From Patescibacteria group bacterium (lineage in GTDB: Bacteria; Patescibacteriota; Microgenomatia; UBA8517), in contig JBBTZT010000005.1 of assembly GCA_038061225.1 (NCBI GenBank), positions 19,646 through 83,645 of the forward strand: 64,000 bases of DNA, in the 5' to 3' direction. The position numbers and the translations under genes are program-made. This document shows, piece by piece, positions 30,778 to 40,636 of the stretch; the stretch's first letter is position 1; the number at the start of each line of letters is the position of its first letter. A model generated the notes under the pieces. That model did no database searches. It worked only from the letters and a program-made list of their open reading frames with translations, and was not told the DNA's origin.

Positions 30778-31342
30778 TATTTCTTGACAAATTATACAAC
30801 AATATAATAAGTAGTAAAGCGGCAACAGATGACAAAATTAATTCAACTGTATTATTATAAAAAAGCCCTGCTCTTAATACAAAAAAGATAGCAAGTGTTG
30901 CAATACCTGAAAACCCCACCCTACCTGATTTATACCATGTAAATTTCTTGTATTGTGTATCAAAAAAGAAAAATAAGAAAACAGAAACTGAGACCAACCA
31001 AAAATATAAAAATGAAATTAAATTATAAGTTAGAATAGCATTTGCTAAATAATAAAGTCCCAACCAAGGCAAGAGGCCAATAATTAATCCTTCAAATGAT
31101 TCAATAAATTTAATTTTTTGATTTTTTATGACAAAAGTAAAACCTAAAGCGACACCCACTATCTCTAGCCAAAACCAATAATCACTAAAAAATTTTAAAC
31201 TAGTAAAAAAGCCAAGAGATAATCCAATTAAAATAATTACAGCCAAATTAAATACTTTTTCGTAGTGATAATCATCTTTTAATCTTTTCCATAAAAAAAA
31301 GAAAAATAGAAATACACCTAGTAGATTTGCAATTACCATCAA
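30770..31342 (-). CDS. Hypothetical multi-pass membrane protein
   Basis: Six hydrophobic segments; WYKSGRVGF motif. Confidence 0.65.
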   Translation of the reverse strand: MMVIANLLGVFLFFFFLWKRLKDDYHYEKVFNLAVIILIGLSLGFFTSLKFFSDYWFWLEIVGVALGFTFVIKNQKIKFIESFEGLIIGLLPWLGLYYLANAILTYNLISFLYFWLVSVSVFLFFFFDTQYKKFTWYKSGRVGFSGIATLAIFFVLRAGLFYNNTVELILSSVAALLLIILLYNLSRNND

Positions 31343-31362
31343 TTATATATTATCATATTTAA

Positions 31363-31800
31363 ATGCTTGAAACTCCACATGTAGCCTTGGGTGTTGCGAT
31401 AGCCGTTGCAATTCCCAATCCTCTTATCTCAATTCCACTAGCTTTTGCTAGCCACTTTGTTCTTGACATGACTCCTCATTGGAATCCCCATCTAAATACT
31501 GAAACAAAAAAATATGGATATTTAACAAACAAAACTCTATTAATTATTGGAATAGACTTAGCTTGTGCAGCAATATTAACTGCCTTTGTATCAAAAGGTA
31601 ATATGAATATACTTCTGGTTGCCTTTGTATCTATTTTACCTGATGTTGTTGAAGGACCATATTTTTTGCTTGGATGGAAAAATGAGCTTATTAAAAAATG
31701 GATAAATTTTCAAAAATCAATTCAATCTGAAGCTAATCTTTTCTGGGGACTTTTAACACAAGTTTTAGTCATCCTTGGAGCGCTCTACATAATCTCCTGA
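31363..31800 (+). CDS. Membrane protein, putative metal-dependent hydrolase
   Basis: TPHVALG, ASHFVLDMTPHW, LPD motifs. Confidence 0.65.
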   Translation: MLETPHVALGVAIAVAIPNPLISIPLAFASHFVLDMTPHWNPHLNTETKKYGYLTNKTLLIIGIDLACAAILTAFVSKGNMNILLVAFVSILPDVVEGPYFLLGWKNELIKKWINFQKSIQSEANLFWGLLTQVLVILGALYIIS

Positions 31801-32337
31801 TCTTGTATCTACTCTTATCATTTCTCCCGCTTTAATAAAAAGTGGAACTTTTACAGTTAATCCATTTTCCATTACAGCTGATTTTAAATAGTTACTGGCA
31901 GTATTTCCCTTAACTCCAGGGTCACATTCAACTACTTTTAACGTTATTTTTGAAGGTAAATCAACAGACATGGCACGTTTTCCCCAAAACAAAATATCGC
32001 ATTCTCCCCCTTCTTTAATATAATTTACATCGCTTCCTAAAATTACTAATGGAACCTCGATTTGTTCATAAGTACTAGTATTCATAAAATAGGCAATTTT
32101 TGTATCTTTGTATAAATATTGGAGTTTCTTTTTGTTTAAAGTTATAAGTTCAAAAGAAAGATTGCTTGAAAAAGCATGTTCGACATTGGCAAATGTCTCA
32201 AGATTTAGACAATTTACACGAACTGTGGCACCACCTCTACCCATTTTAATAAGCTGGTATTTTGTTACTTTAAATGGTTTACCTTCATATAAAAATGATG
32301 TTCCACTTCTTAATTCTGTTGCATTAACATTTGCCAT
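31765..32337 (-). CDS. efp: Elongation factor P
   Basis: KMGRGGATVR loop, PGVKGNTA, VPLFI, VDTRSGDYVER. Confidence 0.93.
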   Translation of the reverse strand: MANVNATELRSGTSFLYEGKPFKVTKYQLIKMGRGGATVRVNCLNLETFANVEHAFSSNLSFELITLNKKKLQYLYKDTKIAYFMNTSTYEQIEVPLVILGSDVNYIKEGGECDILFWGKRAMSVDLPSKITLKVVECDPGVKGNTASNYLKSAVMENGLTVKVPLFIKAGEMIRVDTRSGDYVERSKDD

Positions 32338-32359
32338 TGACAAAAGATTATATCATTAC

Positions 32360-32623
32360 TTATGCATTTAGAAAAACTGCATTTTGAAGCTCTTCAATTT
32401 GATCAGAATGTATTTTAATTCTACCCGATTGCATAGTTTCTTCCTCATCAAATTTCTTAACCAAACCCGCAATACTATCGAGCTGAGTCATCATTTTATC
32501 AAATCTTTTTTCTGCGAGAACCTCGGCTTGATCAAATTTTTTTTCTAATCTCTTTTCAGAATCACCAACAACACGATATACAAAATTTTCTGTAGCAACA
32601 CTTGTTTTTGAAGACTTTGTCAT
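32360..32623 (-). CDS. Small hypothetical coiled-coil protein
   Basis: 87-aa ORF with a TTGACA promoter upstream; HSDQIEEL end resembles the 20892 protein. Confidence 0.6.
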   Translation of the reverse strand: MTKSSKTSVATENFVYRVVGDSEKRLEKKFDQAEVLAEKRFDKMMTQLDSIAGLVKKFDEEETMQSGRIKIHSDQIEELQNAVFLNA

Positions 32624-32678
32624 GTTTTTAATATATTCTTTGAAAACAAAAGTGTCAATGATACAATAGGTGTCAGAT

Positions 32679-32762
32679 GGTGCGGTGCTGAAATTGGTAT
32701 ACAGTCAGGTCTCAAAAACCTGTGGTAGCAATACCGTGAGGGTTCGACCCCCTCCCGCACCA
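32679..32762 (+). tRNA. tRNA-Leu (CAA)
   Basis: Acceptor GGTGCGG/CCGCACC-A, anticodon arm CAGGT-CTCAAAA-ACCTG, long variable arm, T-loop GGTTCGAC; CCA not encoded. Confidence 0.95.
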
Positions 32763-32768
32763 CAAAAA

Positions 32769-34091
32769 TTAATTTTTGTGTTTTGAATCTCTTGAAAAAA
32801 ATTTAATTCTATCCCCTTTGAAGAATAATGGGACAGAGGCTAGTGGTCCATTTCTATGTTTTGCAATATCAAGCATTATATTTTCATTATTTTCATCATC
32901 CTCTCGCCACAAAAACATAACAACGTCAGCATCTTGTTCTATAGATCCACTCTCTCTTAGGTCCGAAAGTTGGGGCTTTTTAATATTTCTTGATTCAACA
33001 CCACGGGATAACTGTGAAAGTGCTAAAACTGGAATTTTAAGTTCACGAGCAAGATTTTTAAGTCCTTGTGAAATTTCTGAAACTTCTTGTACTCTATTTT
33101 CTAAACTCCTACTTCTTGCAAGTTGTAAGTAATCAACAACTATTAAATCTAGACCTTGTTCTACTTGAAGCCTTCTTGCTTTTGTTCTCATTTCAAGGAT
33201 GGAAAGTGCCGGAGTGTCATCAATATATAATTTAGATTCAGCCAAAATACCATAGGCGTTAGAAAGTTTTGTAAAATCTTCTTCACTAAGTTTCCCTGTT
33301 TTTAATCTCCAGGCATCGATATCTGCTTGAGCAATTGAAAGTCTATCTACCAATTCTTCCTTACTCATTTCTAGAGAAAAATAACCTACGGTTCGTTTAC
33401 CTATAACCGAAGCATGTTGTGAAATATTTAAAGCAAAAGCTGTTTTTCCAACTCCAGGTCTTGCGGCCAATATCACCAAATTACTTTTTTGTAAGCCCGC
33501 AAGTGCATTATCAAGATCTATAAACCCTGTTGCAATGCCTCTTAACCCTTCACCTTGTTTGTGAAGTTCATCAAGCCTGTCAAAACTTTCAGCTAAAGTG
33601 TCGCGAACTAAAGTAAAAGCTTTAGTTAAATGTTTTTGGGTTAGAGAAAAAACTTCTGATTCTGCTCTGTCTAATAAGTCAGCTGAGGACATTCCTTCAT
33701 CAAGTGAAAACTCAACAAGTCTGGTTGCAGCTTTCATTAAAGATCTTTTAACTGATTGATCTTTAACTATTTTTCCATAATGTTCGACGTGCGCTGCTGT
33801 AGGAACTTTATTGACAATATTAGTTAAATAAGATGCTCCTCCTATTTTTTTTAAATCTTTTTGTTTTTTTAATCTTTCAGCAACTGTTAAAACATCAACG
33901 GGAGTTCTTTCTTCATAAAGAGATAATATAGCTTGATAAATTTCTTTATGTCGTTCATCATAGAAATCATCTGGAGATAAAAATTCAGCAACAGCTATTA
34001 CTGCATCTTTATCCAATAGAAGTGCTCCAAGGACACTTTCCTCTGCTTCTACCGAATGCGGTGGTACTTTAACCTGATTTGTATCTGCCAT
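32769..34091 (-). CDS. dnaB: Replicative DNA helicase
   Basis: PPHSVEAEESVLG, AARPGVGKT, FSLEMS, VDYLQL, LSDLRESGSIEQDAD, AKHRNGP. Confidence 0.97.
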   Translation of the reverse strand: MADTNQVKVPPHSVEAEESVLGALLLDKDAVIAVAEFLSPDDFYDERHKEIYQAILSLYEERTPVDVLTVAERLKKQKDLKKIGGASYLTNIVNKVPTAAHVEHYGKIVKDQSVKRSLMKAATRLVEFSLDEGMSSADLLDRAESEVFSLTQKHLTKAFTLVRDTLAESFDRLDELHKQGEGLRGIATGFIDLDNALAGLQKSNLVILAARPGVGKTAFALNISQHASVIGKRTVGYFSLEMSKEELVDRLSIAQADIDAWRLKTGKLSEEDFTKLSNAYGILAESKLYIDDTPALSILEMRTKARRLQVEQGLDLIVVDYLQLARSRSLENRVQEVSEISQGLKNLARELKIPVLALSQLSRGVESRNIKKPQLSDLRESGSIEQDADVVMFLWREDDENNENIMLDIAKHRNGPLASVPLFFKGDRIKFFSRDSKHKN

Positions 34092-34095
34092 TTTT

Positions 34096-34590
34096 TTAGT
34101 CTGTAAGAACAACTATTTGGGCAGTTGAGTCCTCAACCAATTCTTCTTTTTTAATTGAAAACTTATTCATTTTTTCTACAACTAATCCACTTTCCTTTAA
34201 GAATTTCTCTAATTCTTCTTCTGTTTTGTATCCAAAAGGAATAATATAATAACTCTCAAGTTGCTGGGTCATTTCAATTGATTCATCAGTAACTGGAACT
34301 AATAAAATATCAACATCTCCAATTTGTGATAGTTTGCTGTCTGTTAATTTTTTTGTTAAACCGTCTAAATTACAAACTCTAAACCCATCAATCTCATAGA
34401 CAAAGACTGTCCCCTCTTCAGTTTTCACACCAACAACTGAAATTTCACTTACTTCATATTCTCCAGCTCCTTTTAATTCTTTTGAAGTGTTGCCATCTAA
34501 TGATTCAATTAATACTCCATTTGCTTTAGAATAAAGAATTCCTGTCTTGCCTTTAATTTTAAATTGATTATCTTTATAGACTATTTCCAT
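34096..34590 (-). CDS. Degenerate MBL-fold (Lactamase_B_3-like) protein
   Basis: GAGEYEV, GDVDILLVPV, IIP motifs; metal-binding His residues not evident. Confidence 0.6.
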   Translation of the reverse strand: MEIVYKDNQFKIKGKTGILYSKANGVLIESLDGNTSKELKGAGEYEVSEISVVGVKTEEGTVFVYEIDGFRVCNLDGLTKKLTDSKLSQIGDVDILLVPVTDESIEMTQQLESYYIIPFGYKTEEELEKFLKESGLVVEKMNKFSIKKEELVEDSTAQIVVLTD

Positions 34591-34660
34591 AGTATTGTCA
34601 TTCTAACTATTTAAGTCTCGCTTGACAAGATGGTAGTTTTTAAGGTTTAATAGCCACTAC

Positions 34661-35524
34661 ATGCGAAAAGAAGTAATTTTTGCAATAATTGCAGGCATAT
34701 CAATCGGCCTTATTGTTGCTTTTGGAGCTTGGAGAGTAACAAGAGCAATTAAAAAAAATGCTGAAATTGTTGATATTAAAAAAGATACGCCTCCTAAAAA
34801 CCAAGTTTCACTAGCTATTAGTAATCTATATGACTATGATGTTATAACTAGTTCAAAAGTCAAAATTGCTGGACTAGCAAAGAGAAACTCCGATCTTATT
34901 ATCTCCACTTCTGATGAAGACTTTTTTGGTATATCAGATGCTGATGGAGCATTTGAAATAGAAATAAGTTTACCTGCTGGAATTTCTGAAGTTAATATAA
35001 ATGATCCAGTAAATAAAATAGTTGAAAAAATAATACTTGTTTATTCAACTGAATTTGAAAAATATATAAAAACAGATGAAAAATTAAAGACTACATCATA
35101 TGTTGGTACAGTCACAGATATTTCTTCTGGAACGATTCAAATAAAAACAGTTAAAGGAGATATTGAACAAATGTCAATTGTGGAGGAAACAAGTTATGTT
35201 AACACCTTGAAAAAAAATACTGAGGTTAAATCTACAGATATTGCAATTGGAGATTATATCGTAGCGATGGGTTTTGTTAATGGAAACAAAGTTTTAGATG
35301 CAAAAAGAATTTTAATTACAAGCCCTTTAGAAGAAAACAAATATTCAGCAAAAGAAATTACAATTGAAACACTTTCAAAAACAAAAATTAATGATATTAC
35401 CCTACCTAAAAAATGGGTTGGCCCAAATGTAAGTGAACTTGAAGTTGGACAAACAATAATTGTTGTGGGAACAAGCGAAAATGAAAAATACTCTTTAAGA
35501 AGTATCTTCACTACTGTAGAATAA
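34661..35524 (+). CDS. Membrane-anchored hypothetical protein (Ig-like plus OB-like repeats)
   Basis: MRKEVIFAIIAG TM, ADGAFEIEISL, DIAIGDYIVAMG. Confidence 0.65.
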   Translation: MRKEVIFAIIAGISIGLIVAFGAWRVTRAIKKNAEIVDIKKDTPPKNQVSLAISNLYDYDVITSSKVKIAGLAKRNSDLIISTSDEDFFGISDADGAFEIEISLPAGISEVNINDPVNKIVEKIILVYSTEFEKYIKTDEKLKTTSYVGTVTDISSGTIQIKTVKGDIEQMSIVEETSYVNTLKKNTEVKSTDIAIGDYIVAMGFVNGNKVLDAKRILITSPLEENKYSAKEITIETLSKTKINDITLPKKWVGPNVSELEVGQTIIVVGTSENEKYSLRSIFTTVE

Positions 35525-35528
35525 ATAT

Positions 35529-36401
35529 ATGCAAAAAGGACCAGTAACACCAAAGGGTTTTGTAGACATGTTGCCAGAAACTGCAGCAAGGCGTAGGGTG
35601 TTTATAAATAAAATTAGTCTTGTTTTAGAAAAATATGATTTTGTTCCCCTTGAAACCCCTATTGTAGAGTTTGCAGAAACTCTACTTGGAAAATATGGTG
35701 AAGAAGAAAAATTAATATATACTTTTGAAGATAAAGGAGGAAGAAAGCTTGCTTTAAGGTATGATTTAACTGTTCCTTTAGCTCGATTTGTTGCTAATAA
35801 TTTAGGTTTATTAAAACCAACTTTTTCAAGATATCAAATTGGTCAAGTCTTTAGAGGTGAAAAACCACAAAAAGGGAGGTCGAGAGAATTAACACAATTT
35901 GACTATGATATTGTTGGAAGTAATAACCTGCAAGAAGACGCTAGGATTATAGCTGCAGCAATTGATGGATTTAGAATAATAGGTTTAACAAAATCTAAAA
36001 TGGCAGTTAACGATCGGGTAAATTTTAAAGACTTACCTGTTGAAGACATAAGACTAATTGACAAAATGCACAAGATAGGTAAGGAAAATTTGCCATCAAA
36101 CTTAATTGATTTTGTAAATTTGGCAAAGCCTACCGACAATTTAGTTAAAATATTTAAAGTTTTAAAAGAGGATTATAAATTAGTCGAAAATAAAGATTTC
36201 TTTTTTGATCCAACTCTTGCAAGAGGGCTTGATTACTACACCAGTACTGTTTTTGAAATGAAACTAAATGGGCTCCCCTCTGATTTATCAATCGGTGGTG
36301 GAGGTAGATATGACAATTTAATTGGTATGTTTGCAGGACGCCAAATTCCTGCAGTCGGATTTTCCTTTGGAATTGATCGAATTATAGAATTAACAAATTA
36401 A
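35529..36401 (+). CDS. hisS: Histidine--tRNA ligase, catalytic domain only (290 aa)
   Basis: PKGFVD, LRYDLTVP, FRGEKPQKGR..E.TQ, ARGLDYY, GGGRYD, GFSFGIDR, then stop. Confidence 0.85.
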   Translation: MQKGPVTPKGFVDMLPETAARRRVFINKISLVLEKYDFVPLETPIVEFAETLLGKYGEEEKLIYTFEDKGGRKLALRYDLTVPLARFVANNLGLLKPTFSRYQIGQVFRGEKPQKGRSRELTQFDYDIVGSNNLQEDARIIAAAIDGFRIIGLTKSKMAVNDRVNFKDLPVEDIRLIDKMHKIGKENLPSNLIDFVNLAKPTDNLVKIFKVLKEDYKLVENKDFFFDPTLARGLDYYTSTVFEMKLNGLPSDLSIGGGGRYDNLIGMFAGRQIPAVGFSFGIDRIIELTN

Positions 36402-36402
36402 G

Positions 36403-37308
36403 ATGAACCCAGCTAGACTTCGCGCCTACTTAATGCTTTTGGTTGTTGCGGTTATTTGGGGTATTGCCTCGCCTGTCATTAAATATACACTGGGAGGCTT
36501 TGACCCTTTAACATTTTTAACTTATCGTTTTGGAATCTCATCAATAATATCAATTGTTATATTTTTGATAATTGGTTTTAAACTCCCTAATAATTTAAAG
36601 GATATTGCTTTGTTAATTATTTATGGCCTTTTGGCTTCATCAATTTCTCTTGCGCTTTTGTTTTTTGGTTTAAAAAATACTACAGTTCTTGATTCAAGCC
36701 TAATTACACTTTCAGATCCACTTATAATTTCAATTGCAGGAGTTTATTTTTTAAAGGAACGAATTTCAAAAAGAGAAAGGATTGGAATATCAATAGCAAT
36801 TATTGGAACACTATTGACAATAGTTGAGCCTTTGATTCAAAACGGCAATGGTCATTTAAGATTTTCAGGAAATTTAATGATTATTGCATATGCAATAATT
36901 GTTGCAGGAACTGCAGTCTTGGGCAAAATACTACTAAGACGTGGGGTTCCCGCTTCGACAATGACAGCTTTATCCTTTATATTAGGGTTTATTTCACTTT
37001 TGCCGTTTTGGTTTAACTCTGGAACTTCCCTAAATACTATGTATAACACACCATACACTTTTCATCTTGGAGTTTTCTACATGGCTGTTATTTCAGGGAG
37101 CTTAGCTTTTTATCTTTCAAACAGAGCCCAAAAGTCAATTGAGATTGGTGAACAAGCGATTTTTGGTTATATGTATCCAATATTTGCAGCACCGTTAGCC
37201 GTATTATGGCTTGGTGAAAAGATAACGCCAATGTTTATAATTGGGGCAGTAATTATTACAATTGGAGTAGCTGTTGCTGAGATCAAGAAGAAACGGTATA
37301 ATATCTAA
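36403..37308 (+). CDS. DMT/EamA family transporter
   Basis: IWG, YRF, FLKERI, LGEKIT; about 10 TM segments. Confidence 0.9.
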   Translation: MNPARLRAYLMLLVVAVIWGIASPVIKYTLGGFDPLTFLTYRFGISSIISIVIFLIIGFKLPNNLKDIALLIIYGLLASSISLALLFFGLKNTTVLDSSLITLSDPLIISIAGVYFLKERISKRERIGISIAIIGTLLTIVEPLIQNGNGHLRFSGNLMIIAYAIIVAGTAVLGKILLRRGVPASTMTALSFILGFISLLPFWFNSGTSLNTMYNTPYTFHLGVFYMAVISGSLAFYLSNRAQKSIEIGEQAIFGYMYPIFAAPLAVLWLGEKITPMFIIGAVIITIGVAVAEIKKKRYNI

Positions 37309-37338
37309 CATAAGCAAATAGCTTGTGACATAAATATC

Positions 37339-37650
37339 ATGAAAGCAAACATACATCCAAAATGGTTTAAGACATCAAAAGTAAGCTGTGCCTGTGGTAA
37401 TACATTCATAGTGGGTGCCGTAATTCCAGAAATAAATGTTGAAGTTTGTTCTGTCTGTCATCCATTTTATACAGGTCAAATGAAATATCTTGATGCTGCG
37501 GGAAGAGTTGAAAGTTTTAAACAAAAATTATCACAAGCTTCAAAAAAGGTTATTTCAAAATCTGAAAAAAGAAAAATTAAACAAGAAAAAAGAATTAGAG
37601 AAGAAATGAGTAGACCAGATTCACTTGAACAACTTCGAAAGAATGTTTAA
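37339..37650 (+). CDS. rpmE: 50S ribosomal protein L31 (Zn-binding type)
   Basis: MKANIHP, CACG, CSVCHPFYTG, GRVESF. Confidence 0.95.
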   Translation: MKANIHPKWFKTSKVSCACGNTFIVGAVIPEINVEVCSVCHPFYTGQMKYLDAAGRVESFKQKLSQASKKVISKSEKRKIKQEKRIREEMSRPDSLEQLRKNV

Positions 37651-38341
37651 TCAAACTACATATATTGAAATTCGTGGTGCTACAGGTGGAGATGAAGCCA
37701 AACTTTGGGGGCAAGATCTTCTTCGTATGTATTCTAGGTTTGCTACAAAAAAAAATTGGAAGCAATCACAAATTGATGATTTAACTCTAAAAATAACAGG
37801 GCCAGCTGTTTTTGATGAGCTGAAAAATGAGTCGGGGGTACATAGAGTTCAAAGAGTTCCAACAACAGAAAAAAGAGGTAGGATTCACACATCAACTGCA
37901 ACAGTTGTAGTACTCCCAGAGGTAGCAGAAACTGATGTTAAAATTAACCCCAGTGACCTAGAGTGGCAATTTACAACTGCTGGTGGACATGGTGGACAAA
38001 ATGTCAACAAGGTGTCTACCGCTGTTAGACTACGACACGTACCTTCCGGCATAGTGGTGCAAGCAAGAGAAGAAAGATTTCAAGAACAAAATAGAATTAT
38101 AGCTCTTGCCTTACTTCGAACAAAACTATTTGAAAAACAGGAAGAAGAAAAATTAAAAACAATTGCAGGATATCGATCTGTTATTGGAAGTGGTAAGAGA
38201 AGCGAAAAAATACGCACTTATAACTATCCACAAGATAGAATAACTGATCACAGACTTAAAAAGTCTTGGGGAAATTTGGAAAGTATCGTTGATGGTAGTT
38301 TAGAGAAAGTTGTGGAACTTACTAAATTACTTTATATCTAA
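37643..38341 (+). CDS. prfA: Peptide chain release factor 1 lacking the N-terminal domain
   Basis: EIRGATGGDEA, ESGVHRVQRVPTTE (PxT), GGQNVNK, RSEKIRTYNYPQDR; rpmE-prfA synteny. Confidence 0.88.
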   Translation: MFNQTTYIEIRGATGGDEAKLWGQDLLRMYSRFATKKNWKQSQIDDLTLKITGPAVFDELKNESGVHRVQRVPTTEKRGRIHTSTATVVVLPEVAETDVKINPSDLEWQFTTAGGHGGQNVNKVSTAVRLRHVPSGIVVQAREERFQEQNRIIALALLRTKLFEKQEEEKLKTIAGYRSVIGSGKRSEKIRTYNYPQDRITDHRLKKSWGNLESIVDGSLEKVVELTKLLYI

Positions 38342-39603
38342 TTACTATTCACTTGTTTTATTGCTTCTTGAAGTTGTTCGTCTTCGGTTGTCTCATCTTT
38401 ATCAGAAACAACAACATCAGGTTCAATTCCTTTTTCATTTACCCATATTCCCTTTGGTGTTAACCATTTTGCAATTGTAATATGTAATGATGATCCTTTT
38501 TCAAGTTGTAATGGTTCTTGTATTGTCCCTTTTCCAAATGTTTTTTCCCCTACTAATTTATAGCCTTTAATTTCAGATAGTGCTCCTGCTAATATTTCAG
38601 AAGCTGATGCGCTTCCACCATTAACCAAAATTACAACTTTCATATTGCCAAATTTTCCAATTCTATTTGATGCAAAATTATTTTTTGTTTGCCCTTTCTC
38701 CTCAATTACTATAATTGAATCCTTTTTTACAAATTCGCCTGCAATATCAACAGCACCTTGTAAATATCCACCTGGGTTATTTCTTACATCGAGCACGATG
38801 TTCATAATCTGAGGTTTATGGTTTATCACCTCTGAAACTGCTTTTTGCCATTCTGAATTAGTATCAGCACCAAACTTGAGCAATTTAATATGAGCTATTG
38901 AGCCTACCTGGCCATTGGTTGGGTCAATAAAAGTGGTGATAACAGATGGTACATCTAAACTTTCTCTTGTAATTTCTACCTTTATTGGTTCATCTTTTCC
39001 ATCACGAATAAGTAAAAGTGTAACTTTAGTTCCAGCCTTGCCTCTTATTAATTTTACAGCGTCTGAAAGTGTAATTCCAAATGTCCCGATATCAACTCCC
39101 TTAACAGAATCGGCAATTCCAACTATAAAATCTCCAGCTTTTACTCCTTCTTTTTCAGCAGGAGATCCGAGTAGTGGCGCAATTACAGCTAAGTTTTTAC
39201 CCTTAAATCCAATTTGAATTCCAACTCCTTCAAATGAACCAGAAAGATCTTCTTCAACAACTTTATTTTCTTCAGGTGGAAGAAAAGCGGTGTAAGGATC
39301 ACCTAAAGAAGCAACCATTCCAGAAATTGCTCCATATATCATTTTTTGAGGACTTATTTTTGATCTATCATAGTATGAGTTTTCAAGAGTATCCCAAATT
39401 CTCCAAAATAAAGAAAAATCAACATCTCTTTTGTCCTCTGGAATTTCTCTTGATATTTTTACTTTTGGAAAAGAAACTGTTTCAAGCTTAAAACCGTTAG
39501 TTCCTAAGGTATAGCCAGAAATAAAAATTAATCCTATTACTACAGAAGATAATATTACTTTTCTAACGGCAGGATAATTCATAACGCTTACGTTGAATTT
39601 CAT
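38338..39603 (-). CDS. ctpA: S41 carboxy-terminal processing protease
   Basis: LGDPYT, PDZ GVGI, LDVRNNPGG, SASASEI, TFGKG, GIEPD. Confidence 0.93.
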   Translation of the reverse strand: MKFNVSVMNYPAVRKVILSSVVIGLIFISGYTLGTNGFKLETVSFPKVKISREIPEDKRDVDFSLFWRIWDTLENSYYDRSKISPQKMIYGAISGMVASLGDPYTAFLPPEENKVVEEDLSGSFEGVGIQIGFKGKNLAVIAPLLGSPAEKEGVKAGDFIVGIADSVKGVDIGTFGITLSDAVKLIRGKAGTKVTLLLIRDGKDEPIKVEITRESLDVPSVITTFIDPTNGQVGSIAHIKLLKFGADTNSEWQKAVSEVINHKPQIMNIVLDVRNNPGGYLQGAVDIAGEFVKKDSIIVIEEKGQTKNNFASNRIGKFGNMKVVILVNGGSASASEILAGALSEIKGYKLVGEKTFGKGTIQEPLQLEKGSSLHITIAKWLTPKGIWVNEKGIEPDVVVSDKDETTEDEQLQEAIKQVNSN

Positions 39604-39605
39604 AA

Positions 39606-39845
39606 TTAGAAGGGCAATAAAGCCAAAAACCTTGCTCTTTGTATTTCAACTGCCATTTTTCTTTGATGTTTAGCACAAATTCCACTTCTTTCTCTTGAGA
39701 GAATTCTACCCCTATCTGACAAAAATTTTGATAGTATTTCGTAACTTTTATATGAAGGCAATGTTTTTGTCTCACAAAAAAGACACTTTGTAGAAATTGG
39801 TCTTTCTTTTCTTATTTGTTTTTTGAATTTCTTTTTAGCTGGCAT
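39606..39845 (-). CDS. rpsR: 30S ribosomal protein S18
   Basis: CLFC, GRILSR, CAKHQR, RARFLALLPF. Confidence 0.95.
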   Translation of the reverse strand: MPAKKKFKKQIRKERPISTKCLFCETKTLPSYKSYEILSKFLSDRGRILSRERSGICAKHQRKMAVEIQRARFLALLPF

Positions 39846-39866
39846 AATTAAATAACAGTTTTCAAC

Positions 39867-40304
39867 TTAAAAAGGGATGTCATCGCTAGTTACTTCTTCA
39901 GTTTTAGGTTCTTTGGGTTCATCTGGAACGTTAAATTCCTGATTTTCAGATTCCATTGATTCCCCCACTGGTTTAGAATCAAGAAGTATCATATCTGAAA
40001 GTACGACTTCTGTCATATACTTTGTTTGTCCATCTTTATCTTGCCATGATCTTGTTTGAAGTCTTCCCTCTACATATACTTTTCTTCCTTTTTTAAGTAA
40101 TTGTCCACAAATTTCAGCAAGTTTATTCCAAGCAACTAGTCGATGAAAATCTGCTTCATCTTTTTTCTCTCCTGTATCAGTTGTCCAACTTCTATTTGTT
40201 GCCAGTGAAACAGTACAAACTGCAGCACCAGTTGGAGTATATTTTAATTCTGGGTCGCGTGTTAAATTACCAATTAATTGTACTTTGTTTAATGATTTTG
40301 CCAT
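39867..40304 (-). CDS. ssb: Single-stranded DNA-binding protein
   Basis: LNKVQLIGNLTRDPE, VYVEGRLQTRSW, DDIPF tail. Confidence 0.97.
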   Translation of the reverse strand: MAKSLNKVQLIGNLTRDPELKYTPTGAAVCTVSLATNRSWTTDTGEKKDEADFHRLVAWNKLAEICGQLLKKGRKVYVEGRLQTRSWQDKDGQTKYMTEVVLSDMILLDSKPVGESMESENQEFNVPDEPKEPKTEEVTSDDIPF

Positions 40305-40306
40305 TT

Positions 40307-40624
40307 CTATTTATTTTCTTCTTTGACAAGTAAATATCTTAATATATTATCTTCTGCTTTTAATTTGATGTCTAGCTGTTTGATTGATTTAGCTTTAAGT
40401 TCTAGAGGAATATGCAAGTAAGTCCCTTGACTATTTTTTTTGATTTGGTGAAATAATTCCTTAACTCCCCAATCTTCTGCTTTTTCTATTTTGCCTTCAA
40501 GCATTTTAATATTCTTTTCAAGTGTTTCTAAAACAGTCTTTTTCTTGGCACTTGTAGCCTTGCCTTCTAAAATTATTGTAAGTCCATATTTACCAGCGGA
40601 GCTGGCCAAGCTTTGCTTATTCAT
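40307..40624 (-). CDS. rpsF: 30S ribosomal protein S6
   Basis: EDWGVKEL..QIKK, ILRYLLVK; rpsF-ssb-rpsR order. Confidence 0.9.
   Translation of the reverse strand: MNKQSLASSAGKYGLTIILEGKATSAKKKTVLETLEKNIKMLEGKIEKAEDWGVKELFHQIKKNSQGTYLHIPLELKAKSIKQLDIKLKAEDNILRYLLVKEENK
40593..40620. repeat. ATAAGCAAAGCTTG plus mini-hairpin repeat (also 23824-23863, 26887-26911, 55735-55748)
   Basis: Exact 14-mer seen four times; it encodes KQSL in xer, the TPR gene and rpsF. Confidence 0.85.
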
Positions 40625-40636
40625 TCCGCCATTATA

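Noticed and set aside
32679-32768. tRNA-Leu as an island integration site
   Set aside because: No duplicate of its 3' end noticed, and it is flanked by core genes (efp region, dnaB).
37310-37325. Further KQSL 14-mer copies (ATAAGCAAATAGCTTG here; AAGCAAAGCTTG at 46086-46097)
   Set aside because: Imperfect matches without the adjacent hairpin; could be chance, so not counted.
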